In this document: piece after piece, positions 1 to 8,304 of the stretch
Numbering within the stretch: the first letter of the stretch is position 1
How the letters are laid out: the number at the start of each line of letters is the position of its first letter
Assembly (NCBI GenBank): GCA_946629655.1
Contig: CAMOYG010000001.1
Span: forward strand, 1 to 45,246
From: an uncultured Lachnoclostridium sp.
Lineage (GTDB): Bacteria; Bacillota; Clostridia; Lachnospirales; Lachnospiraceae
Length of the DNA: 45,246 nt
Reading direction: 5' to 3'
Translations under genes and position numbers: made by a program
Notes under the pieces: model-generated
What the model saw: the letters and a program-made list of their open reading frames with translations, nothing else
Databases searched by the model: none
Told to the model about the DNA's origin: nothing

Positions 1-83
1 CGAATAGATTGCAATCGGTACCTGTTGCTCTTCTGCCCGGCAAATAACGTCTTTTACGGACAATTTCCCTTTATAAAGACTTC

Positions 84-120
84 AAAACGCCGCCTGCGGT
101 TTATTCTGCAGACGGCGTTT
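84..120 (-). terminator. Intrinsic terminator downstream of the TetR gene
   Basis: Inverted repeat AAACGCCGCCTGCGG-TTTATT-CTGCAGACGGCGTTT with 13 of 15 positions Watson-Crick paired. It ends in TTTT on the minus strand and begins 13 nt past the TetR stop. Confidence 0.7.
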
Positions 121-133
121 CTTTGTACATTGG

Positions 134-709
134 TTATGCGATGCTCATGAATATTGCAGCCATTTCTTCCGGCGTTTCCCGGTATCCGTGCTTTACCCAG
201 CTGTTGAACAGACCAAACAGTCCGTAGGCGTAATAATTACGGATATATTCGGCCTTATGCTGATCTTTGCCGGATTCGCAATTCTTTGAGGCGTCTAAGG
301 CATTTTCCCGGCTGTTTTCATCATCCGAAGCCTCCGGCAGGTCGTAGCTCCTTATAACCTCCAGAAAGGCGTTCAGGAAGGCTTCCTGGCGTCCACGCAT
401 GTATACAAGGTCAATGGTGTCCCGTACCTCCAGACAGAAGGAAAAATACTTTCCTGCGGCGTAATCACGGGCCCGGAGGTCCACCTGGCCGTTTTTCTCC
501 GTGTATCGTTCCCACAGCTTGCGGAATTTCCAGGAAAGCACCTCATCCTTTGATTTAAAATAACGAAAGTAAGTAACTCTTCCCACATCGGCTCTGGCCG
601 TCATCTCTTCAATGGAGATTTTTTCCAGAGGCTTTTCCCTCATCAGGTCCAGAAGGGCATCTCCCATGCTCTCCTTCAGCATTTCTGTCGTTTCTCTGCG
701 TCGTCTCAT
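134..709 (-). CDS. TetR/AcrR family transcriptional regulator (191 aa)
   Basis: N-terminal HTH 'ALLDLMREKPLEKISIEEMTARADVGRVTYFRYFKSKDEVL' and C-terminal 'YYAYGLFGLFNSWVKHGYRETPEEMA', typical of Firmicutes TetR proteins. Start moved from 853 to ATG 709, which follows an AGGAG SD. Confidence 0.9.
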   Translation of the reverse strand: MRRRRETTEMLKESMGDALLDLMREKPLEKISIEEMTARADVGRVTYFRYFKSKDEVLSWKFRKLWERYTEKNGQVDLRARDYAAGKYFSFCLEVRDTIDLVYMRGRQEAFLNAFLEVIRSYDLPEASDDENSRENALDASKNCESGKDQHKAEYIRNYYAYGLFGLFNSWVKHGYRETPEEMAAIFMSIA

Positions 710-791
710 CTGCTCTCCTATTTGATACATTTTTAACAAATCGTATCTTTGATACCCTGCATTGTGTTTTGTACCACTTGCTGCCATATGC

Positions 792-819
792 TTGCTTTTT
801 CCGGTATAAGTGATACTAT
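792..819 (+). promoter_or_regulatory. Putative sigma-A promoter for the NRPS-like gene
   Basis: TTGCTT (792-797), N16, TACTAT (814-819) with an extended -10 TG. It overlaps the palindrome at 811-826. Confidence 0.5.
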
Positions 820-884
820 AGTATCCGTTACAAAAATGATATACATGTATCAATATACTACTGTATCACGATACTACCATTTCA
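811..884. promoter_or_regulatory. Array of four 16-bp putative TetR operators, consensus TGATAC-N4-GTATCA
   Basis: 811-826 TGATACTATAGTATCC (perfect 14-bp core palindrome), 837-852 TGATATACATGTATCA, 853-868 ATATACTACTGTATCA, 869-884 CGATACTACCATTTCA (degenerate). All lie in the divergent tetR/NRPS spacer. Confidence 0.7.
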
Positions 885-899
885 AAGCACCACCGTCAA
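871..899 (-). promoter_or_regulatory. Putative sigma-A promoter for tetR
   Basis: Minus strand TTGACG (899-894), N17, TAGTAT (876-871) with an extended -10 TG. Confidence 0.6.
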
Positions 900-912
900 G
901 GAGGTTTTTTAT

Positions 913-3900
913 ATGCTTTCACTGGAAAATACACATACGATAGCAGATCTGGTTCGAAATGCCTGTGAGGACTACGACGACCGTGTATTCCTGCGCTATG
1001 AGCGCAATGACTCCATATATGATGTCACATACCGGCATCTGGCCGGCGAATGCCGCGCCTTTGCAGCATGGGCCAAGGACCGGAAGAACGAGCTCGGACA
1101 CCCGCTGAAGGCCGGGCTTCTGGGAAGTGCCAGCTCCCACTATATCGCTCTTATGCTGGGGCTTATGGCCGGCGGTGCCGTAGCTGTTCCGCTGGATATC
1201 CAGCTGGATTTTGAAACCCTGGCGGATAATCTGAACCGTTCGGACGTGGACGTCCTCTTCTATGACTGGGATTATGAAAGCCGTATCCGCGGTATCGGAG
1301 AACGCTGTCCGAAGCTTTCGGAGATTCGCTGCCTTCAGCAGGGAAAAAATGTCCTCTGTTCCGAGGATATTCTGGTTAACTATCTGGACGCACCCTATAA
1401 GAAAGCAGATATCCGGCCCGAGGACCTGGCCATGATCCTCTTTACATCCGGCACCACCGGCAAGGGCAAGGGCGTCATGCTCTCCCACCGGAACCTGATT
1501 GACAACACGTTTAACTATGAGGAGCCGGAAGGGGCGGACAAAGATACCTGCCTCAACGTGCTCCCGATCCATCATGTATTCTGCATTACCTGTGATATTC
1601 TGACAACAGCCCGTTACGGCGGGAATGTGGCGCTGAATCCGGAGATCGCAAAGATAAGCCGGAGCATTCAGCACTTCCAGCCCACGGTCATCCGCATGGT
1701 ACCCATGATGGCGAAGGCGCTGTACAACCGGATTCAGAGCGTATCCGCTGCAAACCCCGGGATGACCTGCAAAGAGGCGGCAAGACAGGTGCTGGGACAT
1801 CGCCTGAAGCGCATCGTATGCGGCGGCGGTTATCTCACCCCGGAGCTTGCAGAGCGCTATCTTGCCCTGGGAATCCCGATTGCACAGGGCTACGGCATGT
1901 CCGAATGCGCACCCAAAATATCAGTTCCGGACTGGTCCAGAACCGACAAGGCCGCTTCCGTCGGACGCCTGGTGGACCGGTGTCAGGTTCGTATCGTGGA
2001 CGGGGAAATCCAGGTAAAGAGCCCCTCTGTCATGATGGGATATTATAATGATCCCGAGAATACCCGGGCTGCCCTTACCGACGACGGATGGCTTCGGACC
2101 GGCGATCTCGGCCGGCTGGATGAGGAGAACTTCCTCTATCTCACCGGCCGCAAGAAGAACCTGATTATTCTTGCCAACGGCGAAAATGTGGCGCCGGAGG
2201 AGCTGGAAAATAAATTCGTGGACGAGCCCCTGACCGAGGATGTGCTGATCTACGGCGCCGATGATATGATCTGCGCGGAGATCTATCCGAACTACAAATA
2301 TGCGGATGATGAGGGGATCCGGGATGTGAAGAATGCCGTGGAGGAACTGGTGCAGAAGGTCAATGCTGCTCTTCCCGGATTCAAGCGGATACTCCGGGTT
2401 CACGTGCGGAAAAAGCCCTTCAAAAAGACCTCCTCGAAAAAGATTATCCGGGCGGCCTTCTTCGAAGAACTGAAGCAGAAAAAGGAAGCCGAGAATACAA
2501 AGAAGCTTCCGGAAAATGAGATTCAGAATACCATTTACGAGCTGGCGGCAGCCCAGCTGGGTCACCGGGACTTCGGCACGGATACGGATCTCGGGGAGGC
2601 GGGACTGGATTCCCTCGGATGTGTGATGCTGCTCTCCGCCCTCTATGAGGGCCTGCAGCTCTCTCTGACCCTGGATGACCTGATGCAGCACCGTTCTGTG
2701 CTGGCCCTGGAAGCCCTGTACAATGAAAGAAAGAATGCGGAGACGCCGGATTATTCCCCGAGAAGCATTTATCCTCTCACCACCGTCCAGCTGTACTTTG
2801 CCTATGTGATGCGGGGCAATACCACCTCCAATCTCCCCTTCTGCTGGAAGCTGGATGAGGATGTGGATACGGATCGGCTGATTCGGTCGGTGAAAGCCCT
2901 GTTCGAGCTGCATCCGGAGATGAAGGATATCATTCAGCAGGATACCGACGGCGTATACAAAAACTTCCGGGATGACAGCCGCCCGGTGGAGATTCCGGTC
3001 ATTGATATGAGTGAAAAGGAATGGCAGGAAACCTTCCAGTCGATGGTTGCGCCCTTTATGTACACACCGGGTGAGCTTCTGTATCATATCGGCATTTACC
3101 GTACGGAGGTTAACCGCTACTTCTTCTTCGATCTGGCCCACGCTCTGGGCGACGGCATGAGCCTGAACGTGATTTTTGAGGATCTGAACCGGCTGTATGC
3201 GGAGGATCGCCCTGAAGATGTAAAGCCGGAGAAATATACCTTCTATGAGTATATTCTCGATGAGCAGGCCAAAGACCAGGCCGGCCTGCGGCAGAAAAAC
3301 ATAGAGTATTATACAGATTTGATGAAGAATTTCCGTGTCCGGAAAAGTATTCTTACGAGAAGGGACTGCTATGATCTGGAGAATGGGCGGAATGCAACCC
3401 TGCGGAATCACTTTTATCAGCTGAGCCGCAGCCGTCTTCAGGGCTACTGCCAGAAGTTCGGCGTATCGGAAAATGTCGTCTTCCTGACAGCATTCAATTA
3501 CTGCATCGGTCTCTTCAGCAATGAGACAGATACGGTCAGCTCCAGCATTCACAGCGGCCGCACGGACAGCCGCTGGAACCGGCTGGTGGGACCGCTGTTC
3601 AGGACCTACTTCTACCGCCAGACCGAAAGGCCTCATGAGAAGGTATCGGACCTCCTGAAACGCGCCGGAGATCAGATCCTTCAAACCATGCGCTGCTACA
3701 TCTCCACCCAGCATCCGGATGAGATGTTTTTCCAGTACCAAGGAGACATCCTGAATATTGATTCCATCGGCGGACGGCCTGCGGCAAAACAGCCCATCCA
3801 TCTGGATTCCCTGCCCTTCCATCTGATGATTATGTGTGACTGGCGCGGATACTATTACGAGCTAAGGTACTGGGAGAACCGGTTCGACCGGGAACAGCTG

Positions 3901-4566
3901 GAGGTTTTCATGACAGCCTATGAGGCCGTGGTGATGGCCATGATGCAGGTAAATTCCGTGGACGAGATACGCCCGAAGCTTCCGGAAACCATCTATCCGA
4001 AGCACTACGAGCTCCAGAAGGGAGAACTGGAGCGCGCCCTCTCGGTGGTCAGGAAAAACCGGCTCATGCCGGAGATTCCGGAGGACAGTCGGCTGAAGGT
4101 TTATGTGCTGGATGAGACCCTTCAGAAGAAGCCCTTCGGCGCCTGGGGACGTCTGTATATCCGGGATCAGGAATTCCCGGATATGACAGCCTCCTATAAG
4201 AATCCCTTCGGGGAAGGCAGAATCTGTGAGACACCTTATACGGCAAGGATTCTTCCGGACGGTTCCCTGGACCTCCTGGAACACAGCGGCCGCACCATCA
4301 TGGCCGAGCGGACCATGGGCCGTTCCTTCCCGAATCTCTATGCGATGGAACAGGCACTCCTCACCTGTCCCGGCGTAACATCTGCGGAATGCTTTGTCAG
4401 CTACGGCGGGAACAACGCGCTGCAGCTCACGGCAGAGCTCGAACTTGACGATGCGGCCAAACAAGAAATGTATACAGCGGAGTCGGTCAGCGCGTTCCTT
4501 ACGGAAAAGCTGAACCACCCCTGTGAGGTACAGTCCGTTCATCTGCGGACGGACGCTGTCCGGTAA
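913..4566 (+). CDS. Stand-alone NRPS-like protein: acyl-CoA-synthetase-type adenylation domain, phosphopantetheine carrier, condensation domain and truncated adenylation fragment (1217 aa)
   Basis: AAGGAGG SD. A-domain motifs ILFTSGTTGKGKGV, GYGMSE, GWLRTGDLG, GRKKNLIILANGENVAPEELE and KTSSKKIIR. Carrier motif GLDSLG (Ser567). Condensation motif AHALGDG (His743/Asp747). The C-terminal VYVLDETLQKKPFGAWGRLYI and ARILPDGSL resemble the second half of an NRPS A domain. Confidence 0.9.
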   Translation: MLSLENTHTIADLVRNACEDYDDRVFLRYERNDSIYDVTYRHLAGECRAFAAWAKDRKNELGHPLKAGLLGSASSHYIALMLGLMAGGAVAVPLDIQLDFETLADNLNRSDVDVLFYDWDYESRIRGIGERCPKLSEIRCLQQGKNVLCSEDILVNYLDAPYKKADIRPEDLAMILFTSGTTGKGKGVMLSHRNLIDNTFNYEEPEGADKDTCLNVLPIHHVFCITCDILTTARYGGNVALNPEIAKISRSIQHFQPTVIRMVPMMAKALYNRIQSVSAANPGMTCKEAARQVLGHRLKRIVCGGGYLTPELAERYLALGIPIAQGYGMSECAPKISVPDWSRTDKAASVGRLVDRCQVRIVDGEIQVKSPSVMMGYYNDPENTRAALTDDGWLRTGDLGRLDEENFLYLTGRKKNLIILANGENVAPEELENKFVDEPLTEDVLIYGADDMICAEIYPNYKYADDEGIRDVKNAVEELVQKVNAALPGFKRILRVHVRKKPFKKTSSKKIIRAAFFEELKQKKEAENTKKLPENEIQNTIYELAAAQLGHRDFGTDTDLGEAGLDSLGCVMLLSALYEGLQLSLTLDDLMQHRSVLALEALYNERKNAETPDYSPRSIYPLTTVQLYFAYVMRGNTTSNLPFCWKLDEDVDTDRLIRSVKALFELHPEMKDIIQQDTDGVYKNFRDDSRPVEIPVIDMSEKEWQETFQSMVAPFMYTPGELLYHIGIYRTEVNRYFFFDLAHALGDGMSLNVIFEDLNRLYAEDRPEDVKPEKYTFYEYILDEQAKDQAGLRQKNIEYYTDLMKNFRVRKSILTRRDCYDLENGRNATLRNHFYQLSRSRLQGYCQKFGVSENVVFLTAFNYCIGLFSNETDTVSSSIHSGRTDSRWNRLVGPLFRTYFYRQTERPHEKVSDLLKRAGDQILQTMRCYISTQHPDEMFFQYQGDILNIDSIGGRPAAKQPIHLDSLPFHLMIMCDWRGYYYELRYWENRFDREQLEVFMTAYEAVVMAMMQVNSVDEIRPKLPETIYPKHYELQKGELERALSVVRKNRLMPEIPEDSRLKVYVLDETLQKKPFGAWGRLYIRDQEFPDMTASYKNPFGEGRICETPYTARILPDGSLDLLEHSGRTIMAERTMGRSFPNLYAMEQALLTCPGVTSAECFVSYGGNNALQLTAELELDDAAKQEMYTAESVSAFLTEKLNHPCEVQSVHLRTDAVR

Positions 4567-6240
4567 TCAGTCTTCATCATTATACAGCCAGAGGGCGCCT
4601 TTGGAAGGATCGCCAGCGCCCTTCCGATACTGCCGGAGTATCCCGTCCGCGGGATGGTCCGGCTTTTTGACATGAGACAGCCTCTCTTTTATAACCTCAT
4701 CCGGCACATCCAGGTGAATGATGCGGTTTTTCAGGTCGATGGTAATGATATCTCCGTTCTCCACCGCGGCCAGCGGTCCGCCCTCCCAGGCCTCCGGGGA
4801 AATGTGGCCGACACACGGTCCGCGGGTGGCGCCGGAGAATCTTCCGTCGGTGATCATGGCGGTTGTTTTATGAAGTCCCATGCCGACCAGCATGGCGGCG
4901 GGGATGGAAAGCTCCCGCATGCCGGGACCGCCCTTCGGCCCCTCGTAGCGCACCACAAGCACGCTGCCGGGCTTTACGGCACCGGATTGCAGATGATCTC
5001 TCACCTCTTCCTCCGAGTCAAATACGACGGCAGGACCGGTATGACAGAACATCTCCGGCTCTACCCCGCTCTGCTTTACCACACAGCCGCCTGGAGCAAG
5101 ATTGCCGTGGAGAACGGCAAAGCACCCTTCGGGATACAGCGGGTCATCGACGGTATGAATTACCTCCCGGTTGATCGGGAAGTCAAAGCGGTCGAGATAA
5201 TCCCGGAGCGTTGTTCCGAATACCATGGGCACATCCAGGTCCAGGTAATCCCGGATGGATAAAAGGGTTGCCCCCACGCCGCCGGCAAGGTGCCAGTCAT
5301 TCAGATTGTATCTGGACGAGGGCTTGAACTTTGCAATCAGAGGAACATCCTTCTGGATGGCATCAAAGTCGGACAGATTGATATTAAGGCCCAGTACCTT
5401 AGAGATAGCCATGACGTGCATCACCGCGTTTGTGGAGCCGCCGGTGGCCGCAATATGACGGATTCCGTTCTTGATGGATGCTTCCGTCATGAACTCATGG
5501 GACGTCCGGCCTTGCCGGGTCAGCTCCACAATCCGCTCTCCCACATCCCGCGCCATCTTTGCCTTGGCCGCGGAGGCGCTCAGCATGGTGGTGCTGCCGA
5601 TGGGAGCCAGGCCGATGGCCTCAGCGAAGACGCCCATGGTATTGGCGGTACCGTACATGGAACAGGTGCCGCAGGAGGCACACATATTGCTGCGGTATCT
5701 GGAAAATGTCTCCGCCGAAATCTTTCCGGATGTGACGCTTCCCATGGATTCCTTCAGGTCACAGGTAACCCATGTCGCCTTATCATAGGGATCTTCATAG
5801 GGAAGCATGGCGCCGGCCGTGATAAACACGGAGGGCTTGTTCAGCGCCGCGCAGGCCATGAGCATGCCGGGAACAATCTTATCGCAGGAGCACAGGAAGA
5901 CAAGTCCGTCATATCCCTGGGAATTAACCATCGCCTCGATGGAGGCGGCGATCAGGTCCCGCTGGGGGAGAATATAGTGCATGCCGAAGCCCTGTCCGTG
6001 GGCGTCGCAGGGACTGGGCACGGTAAACTCCACCGGTGTGCCGCCGGCAGCCCAGATTCCCGACTTGATGATTCCGGCCATTTCTTTAAAGGGCTTATGC
6101 CCCGGATTGCCGTCACTCCAGGAGTTGACGACGCCGATGACCGGATTGGCCAGATCCCTCATCCGGTATCCGGCAGATTCCATAAGGCCCACATAATAGG
6201 CCTCGGTAACCTCTTCCCTGTGTTTTCCCCGTATCTCCAT
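4567..6240 (-). CDS. ilvD: Dihydroxy-acid dehydratase, IlvD/Edd family (557 aa); substrate uncertain
   Basis: Motifs [46 protein letters not shown] and [14 protein letters not shown] 6240 follows AAAGGAG. Confidence 0.85.
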   Translation of the reverse strand: MEIRGKHREEVTEAYYVGLMESAGYRMRDLANPVIGVVNSWSDGNPGHKPFKEMAGIIKSGIWAAGGTPVEFTVPSPCDAHGQGFGMHYILPQRDLIAASIEAMVNSQGYDGLVFLCSCDKIVPGMLMACAALNKPSVFITAGAMLPYEDPYDKATWVTCDLKESMGSVTSGKISAETFSRYRSNMCASCGTCSMYGTANTMGVFAEAIGLAPIGSTTMLSASAAKAKMARDVGERIVELTRQGRTSHEFMTEASIKNGIRHIAATGGSTNAVMHVMAISKVLGLNINLSDFDAIQKDVPLIAKFKPSSRYNLNDWHLAGGVGATLLSIRDYLDLDVPMVFGTTLRDYLDRFDFPINREVIHTVDDPLYPEGCFAVLHGNLAPGGCVVKQSGVEPEMFCHTGPAVVFDSEEEVRDHLQSGAVKPGSVLVVRYEGPKGGPGMRELSIPAAMLVGMGLHKTTAMITDGRFSGATRGPCVGHISPEAWEGGPLAAVENGDIITIDLKNRIIHLDVPDEVIKERLSHVKKPDHPADGILRQYRKGAGDPSKGALWLYNDED

Positions 6241-6253
6241 AGATACTCCTTTC

Positions 6254-6285
6254 AAAAAAGCGGCTTCCGTGAAGCCGCTTTTTTT
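6254..6285. terminator. Bidirectional intrinsic terminator
   Basis: AAAAAA-GCGGCTTC-CGT-GAAGCCGC-TTTTTTT: a perfect stem with A and T tracts on either side, 15 nt after the GNAT stop. Confidence 0.9.
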
Positions 6286-6300
6286 GCTGCTATTAACTTT

Positions 6301-6627
6301 TCAGATTCCCCGCAGGGCCTCCGCCTGATCCGGATCCACCAGCAGGAACATATATTCCATATGCTTGCAGAACCAGTCCTGTGCGTAGCTGCAGGTAACC
6401 AGCGTGTGTTTCCCGTCCTTCCGGATGGTCTCCACCGTCTCCCGCATCATGCGGGCGGCGATACCCTGGCCTTCGTAGGAGGGATCCACCACCGTGTGTT
6501 CAATATTGACCAGGCCGTTTCCGGCTTCGGGGAAAGAGATATAGGCAATCTCCCGCCCGCTCTCATCTTCCACCCACACCCGGTTCGGTGAAGTGCGGAG
6601 CTGTCGTTCCAAATCAATCGTGGGCAT
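6301..6627 (-). CDS. Small GNAT family N-acetyltransferase (YjdJ-like)
   Basis: 'IEHTVVDPSYEGQGIAARM' (acetyl-CoA motif A) and 'TCSYA', in a 108-aa protein. Confidence 0.85.
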   Translation of the reverse strand: MPTIDLERQLRTSPNRVWVEDESGREIAYISFPEAGNGLVNIEHTVVDPSYEGQGIAARMMRETVETIRKDGKHTLVTCSYAQDWFCKHMEYMFLLVDPDQAEALRGI

Positions 6628-6631
6628 TCGT

Positions 6632-7303
6632 TTAGTCCTCGTCTTTCAGACCGGCTTTCTCCCGGTTCTTTTTATTGAAGGCCTGCTTGACCTCGGCGAA
6701 CTTCAGAATCACGTCCACGGCACCGTCATAGCCCAGAGCACTGCTGTTGATGCAGAGGTCGTAGCTCTTGGAACTGCCCCAGCGCTTGTTGGAATAATAA
6801 TTGTAATAGCTGGAACGGCTCTTGTCCGTGCGGTTCATCACGTCCTTTGCCTTATCCTCGGAGATGTTGTACTTCGCCGCCAGATGACGGATCTTGTCCG
6901 CCTGATCACCGCGGATGAAAACGCTGACCACATTCGGATAATCCGAAAGTGCGTAATCCGCGCAGCGGCCGACGATCACGCAGGATTCTCTCTCAGCCAG
7001 ACGCTTGATGGAATCAAACTGGGCCAGAAATACCTTGTGGTTGAGCGGCATGTCCATATAGCCGGATGCATTGTATCCGCCGACAGAATAGGTATCCATC
7101 ACCAGAGAATACAGGAAGCTGTTGGTAGGCTTCTCGTCGTGATTATGGAACAGTTCCTCGCAGAGACCGCTTTCCTTGGCCGCCAGCGTCAGGAGCTCTT
7201 TATCATAACACTTTACACCAAGACGCTCCGCAAGCTTCTGTCCGATGAGACGTCCTGCACTGCCGCACTCGCGGCCGATGGTAATTACTAAGTTGTTTTT
7301 CAT
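6632..7303 (-). CDS. Cytidylate kinase-like family protein
   Basis: 'VITIGRECGSAGRLIGQKLAERLG', 'SCVIVGRCADY' and 'YDLCINSS' signatures. Confidence 0.85.
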   Translation of the reverse strand: MKNNLVITIGRECGSAGRLIGQKLAERLGVKCYDKELLTLAAKESGLCEELFHNHDEKPTNSFLYSLVMDTYSVGGYNASGYMDMPLNHKVFLAQFDSIKRLAERESCVIVGRCADYALSDYPNVVSVFIRGDQADKIRHLAAKYNISEDKAKDVMNRTDKSRSSYYNYYSNKRWGSSKSYDLCINSSALGYDGAVDVILKFAEVKQAFNKKNREKAGLKDED

Positions 7304-7333
7304 ATTATCAGACCACCTGCCTTTCCTGGGTAT

Positions 7334-7342
7334 ATTATATCA
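7334..7342 (-). promoter_or_regulatory. Extended -10 promoter element upstream of the cytidylate-kinase-like gene
   Basis: TGATATAAT on the minus strand about 30 nt upstream of the ATG; no convincing -35. Confidence 0.45.
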
Positions 7343-7378
7343 TATCTCTCACAAAAATTGTGGAATTGTTCTGAAAAA

Positions 7379-8299
7379 TCAGGCGTCTTTTTTCTTTCGC
7401 AGTTTATCTAACAGCTCTTCGAAGTAGTCCGGCAGCGGCACGGAAAACTCCATATACTCCTTTGTTTCCGGATGGATAAAGCCGAGAACTCCGGCGTGGA
7501 GCACCTGCCCCTCGGTCTTATAGGGCTGTTTTTCCGGCCCGTAAACTGTATCTCCCAGAAGCGGGTGGTGAAGGCTTGCCATATGCACGCGTATCTGGTG
7601 TGTCCGTCCCGTCTCCAGCCGGCAGGTGATATAGGTGTAATCGCCGAACCGCTCAAGTACCCGGTAATGGGTCACCGCGCGTCTTCCGTGTTTTTCGTTG
7701 ATGCTCATCTTTTTCCGGTCCGTGGGATGGCGTCCGATGGGCTTATCGACGGTTCCCTCATCTTCCGTGAGGTTCCCCCGGACGATGGCAAAGTACCGTC
7801 TTGTGATGGAATGCTCCTTCAGCTGTTCTGCGACAAAACGGTGGGCCGCATCGTTCTTGCAGACGATGAGGATGCCGGTAGTGTCCCGGTCAATGCGGTG
7901 GACAATACCGGGCCTGAGCTCCCCGTTGATGCCGGAAAGATCATTCCGGCAGTGATACATCAGGGCGTTGACCAGTGTGCCGCTGTAATGTCCCGGTGCG
8001 GGGTGAACGACCATTCCCTTCGGCTTGTTTACAAGTATGACCGAGGCGTCCTCATAGACAATGTCCAGGGGAATGTCCTCGGCCTCAATATGAATATCTT
8101 CCGGTTCCGGCACCTCAAAGGTGATGGAGTCGCCGGCCTCCAGCCGGTAGCTGCTCTTGACGGCGCAGTCATTGACCAGTACCTTTTCTGCCTTTAAAAG
8201 CTTCTGCAGAAAGGAGCGGGAATACTCCCCGGAGGCTGCGAGAAACCGGTCGATCCGCTCGCCTTCATCCTTTTCCGGTACGGTATACTCTTCTGTCAT
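7379..8299 (-). CDS. rluD: RluA/RluD family 23S rRNA pseudouridine synthase
   Basis: N-terminal S4 domain (RIDRFLA), NKPKGMVVHP, catalytic HRIDRDTTG and GRTHQIRVH. Lies downstream of lspA. Confidence 0.92.
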   Translation of the reverse strand: MTEEYTVPEKDEGERIDRFLAASGEYSRSFLQKLLKAEKVLVNDCAVKSSYRLEAGDSITFEVPEPEDIHIEAEDIPLDIVYEDASVILVNKPKGMVVHPAPGHYSGTLVNALMYHCRNDLSGINGELRPGIVHRIDRDTTGILIVCKNDAAHRFVAEQLKEHSITRRYFAIVRGNLTEDEGTVDKPIGRHPTDRKKMSINEKHGRRAVTHYRVLERFGDYTYITCRLETGRTHQIRVHMASLHHPLLGDTVYGPEKQPYKTEGQVLHAGVLGFIHPETKEYMEFSVPLPDYFEELLDKLRKKKDA

Positions 8300-8304
8300 T
8301 ACAG

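Noticed and set aside
1-80. Short open minus-strand frame (LYKGKLSVKDVICRAEEQQVPIAIYS) running off the window edge
   Set aside because: Too short to identify, and the candidate TTG has a poorly spaced SD. It could be a gene start or a remnant but cannot be supported.
710-853. N-terminal extensions given by the ORF track for tetR, and likewise for the HlyD-like gene, ybeY, hflC, rnhA, miaB and the L,D-transpeptidase
   Set aside because: The extensions cross promoters, operators or upstream genes, while downstream starts have good SD sequences.
837-884. Tandem 16-bp units considered as a mini CRISPR or iteron array
   Set aside because: The units abut without spacers, are palindromic and degenerate, and no cas or rep gene is present. 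TetR operators explain them better.
1921-3822. 633-aa minus-strand ORF, plus 919-1800 and 3862-4542
   Set aside because: Antisense shadows of the NRPS-like gene.
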